In this document: piece by piece, positions 39,201 through 46,120 of the stretch
Layout: the number at the start of each line of letters is the position of its first letter
How positions within the stretch are numbered: the stretch's first letter is position 1
Source: an uncultured Nitrospiraceae bacterium
GTDB lineage: Bacteria > Nitrospirota > Thermodesulfovibrionia > Thermodesulfovibrionales > Dissulfurispiraceae
NCBI GenBank assembly: GCA_963705105.1
Contig: CAVPIW010000006.1
Coordinates: forward strand, 640,001 to 704,000
Length of the DNA: 64,000 nucleotides
Direction: 5' to 3'
Notes under the pieces: model-generated
Databases searched by the model: none
Told to the model about the DNA's origin: nothing
Seen by the model: the letters and a program-made list of their open reading frames with translations, nothing else
Made by a program: the position numbers and the translations under genes

Positions 39201-41550
39201 TATCGGGCCCACGTATGGCCTGATTGCCTCGATTCCGGTAGCGTCTGTATTCTTCGATGCCTTTCCCGGTATCTCTATATTCAATTTCTACATAACTCTC
39301 AGCGTACTGCTTATCCTTGCGAGGATAACCAGTGTCGTCTACAAAATATCCGGTTCGGACTCTCTCCCGCCCGCCTTCGGGAGGTAAATAGACAAATCCC
39401 CATATTCGCTTCCCTTTGTTATCAAGTGCTGTTTCATAAGAAACACGTTCTTGGGCATCGTAATTGAACTCCCAGGCAACCTCATTGGGTATTCGCTCTT
39501 CCGATGATTCGAGATAAGTGCCGATACGATGAATGGGGGTTAATTTTCCCTTGCTATTGACTGTTTCCATGCGAAGAACGGGACCCCATTTGCCTTTTCT
39601 TATGATTTTGATCGAGACAGGACGATGCTGGACCTGTGCGAGCGTCAATTCACCGACTCCTCTCGGCTCGCCTAAGAAAGGGCGATGCTTGACTTTTGCA
39701 AGAATCAATTCGCCGAACCCCTTCGGCTCACTATGGACCTTAACAAAAGAGCTGAAGTATTCGACATAGTCCCAATGCGTCAGATAGCGATGCAGAAGAA
39801 TGCCTACAATCAGCATCAACACCGCTGTGCCGAAACCCACGGCAAGCCGACGCATCATCTTAAGCTTTTCACGTTGTTCGGCCTCACGCTGCAGTGCCGC
39901 TTCCTTCTCCCGCTGCGCGCGATCAAGAGCTTCGGTGCTTGCCTGAACAAACTCCTTCTCGAGACGCGTGAGGTCTGCCTGCTTTCTTGCCTCTTCCAGC
40001 TGCCATTCCCTAAACAGACCATCCCAGTCTTTGGATTTTCCTTTTGCCTCCCATTGATGCGCCGCCTGAGTAAGGGAGAGGCGATCACGAAGGATGCGGC
40101 GTTTATCATCGATCCACCCTGCTAAGAGCGGCCAGTTGCGGACCAGTGACTCGTGCTTGATCTCGACCACATCGTCGGCACCACTGACGCCGGGCGTGAT
40201 GCGCAAGTAGTCGTTCTTCTTAAGCAGTTCAAGCACTTCCTCCGTGTTCGCCTTGCCAGCCTGCAGCAAGCGGCTTTTGGGCAATGGCTGGCGATAAGCC
40301 TCGAGCATCTCATCGACGCGTACCAACTCGAGGAGTATACGCTTGATCTCTGTCTGGGTTTGCTCTATTTGTGCGAGGTAGAAGGTATCGGCGGCGTTCT
40401 TGAGTGCCTCCAGGGGATCGCCTACTGTTCTGTAAACCTCCCAGGTGATTCGGTTTCGTTTGCGTTTCTCCCAAAGTGCGTGCAAGGTGAATTGTAACAA
40501 CGGAAGCGCCGCGGGCTGGCCGAGCACCTTCTTCACTAGGTCGTCTACAATTCCTGATTGGAACTGTAAGTTTACAAGGGCAGCAGGCTTCTCTACCGCC
40601 GCCGTTAATTCCTCATAACTCATTGGCCGCATCCAGTACCTTGAGGGGCTCAGTTCACGCAACTCATTGATCTTACTATCGAACTCAGCACGCACGGTCA
40701 GAATCACACGGTGGCCCCGAGCGGCATCCAATAGATGAGCGAGGTTTCTTACCAGTGCCTCACGGTCTGCGGGGTCGGACAGCGTGAACACTTCCTCGAA
40801 CTGGTCGATAGTGATCAGTGCAGTCACCGCGTTTTCTTCGCCAAGCATGGCATAAAGATATTTGGGATCCTGCCGAAGGCGTGTCACCTCCTCTGCGACG
40901 ATGCTGTTCGCGGCTGGGTGGGCTTGTCGAACAGCATTTACTAGGTTGTCGAGTACGGAATTACCCGGAACAAATGGCGGAATGACGAACAACTCAGGCA
41001 TCGCGCCTTTCTCCTTGAGCGCCGGCAGAATGCCCCCCATCACAAGGGAAGACTTCCCGCTACCAGACGCGCCAAGCACGACAACAAGCGGCTCTTGACG
41101 AAGTTTCGTCAGCAGCTCCTTTATGTCATCCTCTCGGCCGAAGAAGTTCGCCCGGTCGCGAAAGGCATCGAGGCCGACATAGGGACATAGCTTGTCCTTC
41201 AGGTCCGGCAGTTTCTCGCTGTCGAAGGGGGCCAGGTTTGCAGGCGGTACCACGATCCCCGCCCTAAACAGGCAGGAGACCCAATAGTCCAAAAGCACCT
41301 GGCAATCAGAGCGCTGAAGGATCTCTTCGATATAGACCCCTGTCGCTGCCCCACGTTCCAAGAATTGCCTGAGCTTTGGTTCAAGCCTCGCCAATGCGAC
41401 TGCTTCGCTCTTATCGGCTGCGTCTTTCTTAAGCTCAATACTCAAAGCTTTCATGAAGGCGGCGTGCTCATCCTGCAGCTCGGTCGCACTCTCGAAGGGC
41501 TCCACTCGGCGAAACTGGTCCGGATTTGACATATCTTCCCTTTCTAACAT
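36250..41550 (-). CDS. NLR-like nSTAND1 NTPase with N-terminal helical domain, one TM helix and C-terminal YD/RHS-like repeats
   Basis: CPYVGLDAF...FFGRE, Walker A GASGSGKSS, Walker B IDQFEEVFT, LPLLQFTL, IKHESLVRNW; TM LAVGFGTAVLMLIVGILL; more than 20 GY-x5-YD-x2-G-x6-Y-x-G/D-x-DG repeats; alternative start 41532. Confidence 0.88.
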   Translation of the reverse strand: MLEREDMSNPDQFRRVEPFESATELQDEHAAFMKALSIELKKDAADKSEAVALARLEPKLRQFLERGAATGVYIEEILQRSDCQVLLDYWVSCLFRAGIVVPPANLAPFDSEKLPDLKDKLCPYVGLDAFRDRANFFGREDDIKELLTKLRQEPLVVVLGASGSGKSSLVMGGILPALKEKGAMPELFVIPPFVPGNSVLDNLVNAVRQAHPAANSIVAEEVTRLRQDPKYLYAMLGEENAVTALITIDQFEEVFTLSDPADREALVRNLAHLLDAARGHRVILTVRAEFDSKINELRELSPSRYWMRPMSYEELTAAVEKPAALVNLQFQSGIVDDLVKKVLGQPAALPLLQFTLHALWEKRKRNRITWEVYRTVGDPLEALKNAADTFYLAQIEQTQTEIKRILLELVRVDEMLEAYRQPLPKSRLLQAGKANTEEVLELLKKNDYLRITPGVSGADDVVEIKHESLVRNWPLLAGWIDDKRRILRDRLSLTQAAHQWEAKGKSKDWDGLFREWQLEEARKQADLTRLEKEFVQASTEALDRAQREKEAALQREAEQREKLKMMRRLAVGFGTAVLMLIVGILLHRYLTHWDYVEYFSSFVKVHSEPKGFGELILAKVKHRPFLGEPRGVGELTLAQVQHRPVSIKIIRKGKWGPVLRMETVNSKGKLTPIHRIGTYLESSEERIPNEVAWEFNYDAQERVSYETALDNKGKRIWGFVYLPPEGGRERVRTGYFVDDTGYPRKDKQYAESYVEIEYRDTGKGIEEYRRYRNRGNQAIRGPDKAFGQLRRYNKKGILLEQTSLGPNDEYMNDEAGNATIKVTDLDPFGFGNPRKQEALDALGEKVTLKSGYSVIRSEYDDNGNMTEEGYFDENGKKTLNVKGYHKVKWKRDGQGNIIKEMYLDMEDKPTVGDRGCYSLVLAYDEDNLPIQLSCFGLDQKLTANKDGYAVWKGKYDVRLKKLVETSYYDTAGRLTQFKDGYARATYRYNDSGKLEDSSYFGADGARTLIKEGYAQVTGGYDVHGQLIGATYFGIKGEPVASNKGYSRWEQEFDNYGNVVRVRYYGPDGKRIVSTEGYTGWTAKHDASGNQIETVYLNVMDKPMRGHDGYAGWKSEYDERGNERRRTYTGLRGEQTLSSDGVAGYTSEYDPLGNEIEQKYFGLDGSPVTHRKGYAGWTRKYDAHGNVIDLRYLDINSKPAFVPWQDERAGGYSYWKKEFNPQNQPIEEAYFGINGEPVLHKDGWARAIHEYDLRGNKKKSAYFGVYVEKVFIKGGYHSVERRYNDQGKAIEISYYGIDDSRVTSEEGYALLVKKYDPFGRVTEQLFYDAKDKPAFYKDEGFHREVRLYDERGCLKEEGCPIEKAYFGPEGPIVHRDGYHKIGYKYDHLGNETEVTYKGLDGKVVMNKRTRYATVEIKRNTQGKEREIAYYAVNRKLTNSNEGFAKIVRTYDPLGQMTSESYFDTNGKLTQGVLGYAETRMKYDVKGKVSYQVYLNTERKPVLIPWQGENNEWGFASYRAKYDGYGNQTEIAYFGIDDNKPIMTGNRYHRCTQKFNSRRQLVEQMTFDDEGQPVMNASKYSRLLKKYDDRGNLTEISAFDDKSKPSEAKYGYARMSMKYDARGNLVEEAYFGGDGRPKILPNSSCAVQTYKYDSAGNQVERACYGDDNALYDKLIGYARMTQKYDSQRRVIEKRYFGTDGKPARLLGRYQHITKFAYDPAGNKIEERYLGINEEPVLGLSPDYQYCNRWTAKYDSAKKLIGTKCHTKQ

Positions 41551-42668
41551 ACTCGCAAGAGAGTCTGTAACGGTTGGTTTAGTTCACTCAGCCGGTTGCA
41601 AAAATCCTTAAGTCTTCTGTCGGCTTCCCGGAACGCGGTACCCACAAACTGCGAGTAGTTCATGAGTAAGATCCTCGCCTGCTTCTTGTCATTATGATCT
41701 AGTGCTTCATCGATAACGATTTCCATCTGACTCAGCTTTTCCTTAAGATTGTCCATGTCTTTGTCTATGAAGGGTGGTATGAGCTCTGAAGCTGCCGTCT
41801 TGGTCAATTCCCACTCACAATCCAGCCCCCCCGGTGAGAGTTTATTTGCAAGCAGGGCGCGCAACCCATCATCTAGCCTCTGTAGTTGGCCATGCTCCCT
41901 GACTCGTCTCTCAAGATCTGCTCGCAACCCGTTCAGTGCATTTATGCTCTGAACAAACTGCACAAGTAAGACATCGTTCTCAGGATGCTCCACGGACAGA
42001 GTTTCCTTTACCGACTCTAATAGCTCCACAAGACGATTCAGCTTCAGCTCCTTTGCAGCGTTAGATATCATAGAATCGAGCCTCGGTGGAATTCTGGAAC
42101 GCAGCTGTTCGAGCCCAGTCTTCACCTTGTCTAAGATAGCAGTATTTTCGGGTGCATTCACAGCCTCTTGGAAGTCCGCTTCAATTAAATCGAGTCGCTT
42201 ACCAAGATCTGGAAAGGGGTCGGTCTCACGTCCCCTGATTGCCTCCTTGATCTGATGAGATTGTTGATCAAATTGAAATTGAAGCGGATCCAGCCAAATT
42301 CTGGTCCTCCTAAGTGCCTGCATTTGGCGAAGGATTTCGAATTCAATAGTATGCAAGGAATCATGAATGGTCTTCAAAAGTTGCATCTCACTGATTCGCT
42401 GTGCAGTATCCCGCATTTCTTGGGAGAGGGTTACCCCGTTGCATGCCGTTGGATCATTGGAAATCCGGTCTGTGAGCTGTTTGAGGCCTATCTTTACAGA
42501 GTCAAGTAAACCCGGAAAGTTGATAACTATCTTGTCGCCTCTCACCTCATCCCCATGGACGAGTTTGTCACGTCCTACAGAATCGCCGCCGACGCTGACA
42601 TTGTCCTTGAAGTACGCGCCACCGGCCTTTTGATCAGCCCCTGATTCCTTTCCGTCTTCAGTCGTCAT
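41544..42668 (-). CDS. Alpha-helical hypothetical protein with N-terminal GGAY...VSVGGD.VGRDK.VHGDEVRGDKI motif (putative adaptor)
   Basis: 374-aa ORF overlapping the STAND gene start; motif shared with caspase 42753-44150. Confidence 0.75.
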   Translation of the reverse strand: MTTEDGKESGADQKAGGAYFKDNVSVGGDSVGRDKLVHGDEVRGDKIVINFPGLLDSVKIGLKQLTDRISNDPTACNGVTLSQEMRDTAQRISEMQLLKTIHDSLHTIEFEILRQMQALRRTRIWLDPLQFQFDQQSHQIKEAIRGRETDPFPDLGKRLDLIEADFQEAVNAPENTAILDKVKTGLEQLRSRIPPRLDSMISNAAKELKLNRLVELLESVKETLSVEHPENDVLLVQFVQSINALNGLRADLERRVREHGQLQRLDDGLRALLANKLSPGGLDCEWELTKTAASELIPPFIDKDMDNLKEKLSQMEIVIDEALDHNDKKQARILLMNYSQFVGTAFREADRRLKDFCNRLSELNQPLQTLLRVC

Positions 42669-42752
42669 GGCAAACCTTACAAACCCTAAATAACCTCAAC
42701 TTGAGTCGTCAACGATCTCGACGATATATACACATACTTGGAACGTTTGAAC

Positions 42753-44150
42753 CTATTTCCCCTGAATCTTATCCAGCACGAATTTGGTGACCGGCCCGGC
42801 GATTCCACCCAGAATCGGGGAGGCAAAAATACTCGCAATACCACTCACTGCTTCTGGAACTAGGGCAATCAGTCCATCGATCAGCTTGCCCATCTTGTTA
42901 TCATCAGCTGCCTTCCCTTTTGCTACTTCCTGTTTTAGCTCCTCTACCTTCTTCAGAGCCTCTGTCTGATTGGCGGCGGGCACTTCCCGAATGGATGACA
43001 TCAACGGTTCGAACAATCTTTGAAGGTCCTGATCAGATATCCCTGTGGTGACGGTGGACCGGGCGCCCCGGCCGATGGCGATCCCCTGACCAGAAATGTC
43101 CCCCACCGTTATCCTGTCGCCTAGAATTTTATCGCCTCTCACCTCGTCTCCATGGACGACCTTGTCACGGCCTACAAAATCGCCGCCGACGCTGACAGCC
43201 CCCCCGATGTACGCACCGCCGCCAGTATCAATAGTGGTCACAGTACCTGCTTTTTCACCCTCAAGAGGTGCGAGCGGATCGGGTGCTGCCAAACCCTTCG
43301 CTATACCTTTGCCGCCCAGGAGCAATGCGATCGGGAAGTTCCCGCTTACCTGGTAATCCGGCTCCTGCGGCTGACCCCAGTCAGCTTTCACGCTTTCCGG
43401 TACGTTGCGCCACACATAACTCATCACGTCGGAGACTAACACCTCCTTGGCACCCTCTTCGGGCTGCGCATGGCCAGTCAGCGCTTCGATCAAGTGATAG
43501 GTAAAGATGCTCATCTTCCCGTCCTTGCGCATATAAGAAGGTTGTTCTCCCTGTGAGGAACTCAGCACAGCCCGACCTGCTCCTTTGGTCAGCACTTCCA
43601 AACCCTTAGCGCCTTCCTTTGGAGTTACTCCCTTGGCTGCTGACATGAATATTTGCGTTGGAATGGCAGATCGCTTGTAAGAAGCAATGCCTTTAATTCC
43701 CATGCCGCCGGAATGACAACAGTCAAGTACTACGAAGAGACGCTGTGGTTTAAGAGCATTAATGGCATCAGCGAAGTCCTCTGCCCTGAGAGCACTTGAT
43801 TTGAATGCCTCCTCGTCCACGTCGTACGGAATGAGAAAATACTGAGGCTGCTGGCCGTCGTCTCGGTCTCCATGTCCTGAGTAAAACACGATAGCCGTGG
43901 CATTTCCGCTTGCATCATCGTTAATCTTCTTCTTTAGTCGGGTTAGCCCTCCAAGGATATTCGCGCGAGTCGAATTCGACCCCAGGATGACTTCGACGTT
44001 TTTCTCAAGATAGGCACACCGCTCCGGATGGACAAGTACATTTTGCAGAGCCGTAACATCTTTTTCCACATCAGGAAGAGCCCATGTGGGATTGCTGTTT
44101 TCGTTAACTCCAATCAACAACGCATATCCACTAATGAATTGCTTTGCCAT
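42753..44150 (-). CDS. Caspase-like (peptidase C14) protease with Gly-rich repeat motif and C-terminal helical domain
   Basis: YALLIGVN, catalytic FYSGHG and LDCCHSG, SIFTYHLIEALTG; GGAGGAGG RBS before ATG 44150. Confidence 0.9.
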   Translation of the reverse strand: MAKQFISGYALLIGVNENSNPTWALPDVEKDVTALQNVLVHPERCAYLEKNVEVILGSNSTRANILGGLTRLKKKINDDASGNATAIVFYSGHGDRDDGQQPQYFLIPYDVDEEAFKSSALRAEDFADAINALKPQRLFVVLDCCHSGGMGIKGIASYKRSAIPTQIFMSAAKGVTPKEGAKGLEVLTKGAGRAVLSSSQGEQPSYMRKDGKMSIFTYHLIEALTGHAQPEEGAKEVLVSDVMSYVWRNVPESVKADWGQPQEPDYQVSGNFPIALLLGGKGIAKGLAAPDPLAPLEGEKAGTVTTIDTGGGAYIGGAVSVGGDFVGRDKVVHGDEVRGDKILGDRITVGDISGQGIAIGRGARSTVTTGISDQDLQRLFEPLMSSIREVPAANQTEALKKVEELKQEVAKGKAADDNKMGKLIDGLIALVPEAVSGIASIFASPILGGIAGPVTKFVLDKIQGK

Positions 44151-44281
44151 TTCCTCCTCCACCTATGGTCGGTTCTGATAAAGAGTGAGACATCCAACAC
44201 GGTACAAGCGTTCCCCTTAGTCATCTCATTCGAGAACCTGTTGTACTAGAGTAGAGCTGATCGGCATTTCTCTTTGTTTGT

Positions 44282-45079
44282 TCAGAAGCCGGAGACCTTG
44301 ACAAAGGCGCTCTCACTGGCGAGCTGCCCCACTCTATCTGACTTTTTCTTCTTGATCCCTTTAATGGCCGCTGATCCTGTCTCCAGCGGCTCGTATGTCG
44401 TGTAGCGCCCCTGATCATAGAAAAGACGCACTGCCTGAAAGCCGAACACAAGCGGAATGGAGGACTCGTATGTCACCTTGGAGGTTACCGAGGATGCGCC
44501 TGAGGTTTTCACGTTCCCGCCCACGATGCCTTGAATCTCAGGGATGCTGACATCGAGCGCCGCTCCATTTGATTTCTTCGCTTCAACAGTGAACTTCGTC
44601 CCCTTGATGGTCGCCGTGGTGACATACAGTTCATCCGCTTCCAACAAGTCCGCGACGTAGCGGGAGAAAGGGCTCACATCAGCGTCTGCCAGGTACTGGT
44701 CAAGTTTGATAATCTCAACGCTGTCCTCGAACACATCCTGAAATTCGAACGCGGCTGTCTTTGCCTGCTCATACTTCATATCGAGCCCGAGTTTTGAGCC
44801 GCCCATCGCACCGATTATGCTGCCGAGGATCGACAAACCAACTCCTATGCTCAGGTCACCTGTGCGCTGACCCGAGATATCGGCAGTACGGGCATTCTGG
44901 ATGGCCGGCGGGGAAATATTCTTGCCGGCCACGAGGAGTGTTGTCAGATCGCCCAGGCGAGTGAGGTCCTTCCCGTTGCGGGATAACACTTGAAGCGGCT
45001 TGACATCTGCCTTGGGCAAACGAATCACATTATAGCCAAAAGACTTGAGATAGGTGAGGAATGGATCGTTGCAGAACAT
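44282..45079 (-). CDS. bGSDM: Bacterial gasdermin
   Basis: N-terminus MFCNDPFLTYLKSFGYNVIRLPKADVKPL resembles, from memory, Runella gasdermin (MECNDPF...GYSLVAYPK) including Cys3; 265 aa; alternating beta-strand core; PLVFGF near C-terminus; lies between two caspase-like proteases. Confidence 0.88.
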   Translation of the reverse strand: MFCNDPFLTYLKSFGYNVIRLPKADVKPLQVLSRNGKDLTRLGDLTTLLVAGKNISPPAIQNARTADISGQRTGDLSIGVGLSILGSIIGAMGGSKLGLDMKYEQAKTAAFEFQDVFEDSVEIIKLDQYLADADVSPFSRYVADLLEADELYVTTATIKGTKFTVEAKKSNGAALDVSIPEIQGIVGGNVKTSGASSVTSKVTYESSIPLVFGFQAVRLFYDQGRYTTYEPLETGSAAIKGIKKKKSDRVGQLASESAFVKVSGF

Positions 45080-45247
45080 TGTCTGACCTCCATATTAAAC
45101 GCGGTACCTGAGTTCCGCAAGATGGTTGTCGAGGTTGCCGACTTCTCCCTGCAGAATCCGGTAGAGGGCAGAAGCCGGCAACCTTCACATCAAGTCATCA
45201 AAGTGACCCTTGTCAATATCGCCATTGCTCACTCAAGGCATCGCAGT

Positions 45248-46072
45248 CTACACAAAGCGGGCCTTCCTCTTGGTCGCCTCGCACTCCAGCTGAGGTATCT
45301 GGCTGTAATGACCGGCTTGAAGTCCTTTTCTGACCTGCTCGAGCACCTTTTTTCGGGAAAGCTTGTTTTTGCTGTCATTCATCACCTTGCAGAAGTGGTA
45401 GGTGAAGGCCCCGTGCCAGCCCCCAGCGATGTATGCATCAGCGCTGGTCTGATCAGACCGGCAGCCTGCCCAGAGGATGTGATGGATAATGCCTTTTTCG
45501 AGCATCGATTCATACAGTCCGCGGGATCGACGCCCCTCGACCATCTTGAAGGCTTCGTAGGAAGGGGGCGGCATCCATCGCGGTTTGCGGTCAGGCAGGA
45601 AATCAAGAGCTTTGATGCCCGTGCCGCTGTGGCAGGTATCAAGATAGACTTCCAGTAGGACGTTCGCCGGCAACTGGACGAAGAGATCATGCAATTCGTC
45701 ATCGACAATGATGTATTTCGGGTCCCAGATACTCCCGGCCGACGCCAGGTCATGGGGGCAGACGGCCTCGTCTGCTCTATCCGGCTCGTCCCCGCTCGTA
45801 TCCGGCACCTGGGTCCCGTGGCTGGACAGGCTGAAGACCAGGTAACTGTATTTCCCCTTCTTGGCCCCGTCTACCATTTCCTTGAGATTCTTCATGATGT
45901 TCGCTTTCGTGGCCTGGGTGTCTGTCAACTTGACGATATCTCCAGGGCCAAAACCGAGCCACTTCTTGAGCAGGGCTTCCATGTCATTGGCGTCATTCAC
46001 ACAACCCTGTAACGCGCTGCCGGGATAGTTTTTGAAGTTGTTGATCCCCACACACAGAGCTCTCTTTGCCAT
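45248..46072 (-). CDS. Caspase-like (metacaspase, peptidase C14) protease, single domain
   Basis: KRALCVGIN, LQGCVNDA, SSHGTQ, DEAVCPHD, DDEL, LDTCHSG, GAFTY, QIPQL; GGAGG RBS before 46072. Confidence 0.93.
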   Translation of the reverse strand: MAKRALCVGINNFKNYPGSALQGCVNDANDMEALLKKWLGFGPGDIVKLTDTQATKANIMKNLKEMVDGAKKGKYSYLVFSLSSHGTQVPDTSGDEPDRADEAVCPHDLASAGSIWDPKYIIVDDELHDLFVQLPANVLLEVYLDTCHSGTGIKALDFLPDRKPRWMPPPSYEAFKMVEGRRSRGLYESMLEKGIIHHILWAGCRSDQTSADAYIAGGWHGAFTYHFCKVMNDSKNKLSRKKVLEQVRKGLQAGHYSQIPQLECEATKRKARFV

Positions 46073-46120
46073 GATTTTCTCCTCCTTGTTCGTTTTCATG
46101 CTCATGACCTCCTTCTGAGA

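Noticed and set aside
36250..39700. RHS/YD polymorphic toxin
   Set aside because: No RHS core cleavage motif, toxin tip or immunity gene; the repeats are fused to a STAND NTPase through a TM helix
44990..45658. 222-aa + strand ORF across the gasdermin/caspase junction
   Set aside because: Antisense to two well-supported genes
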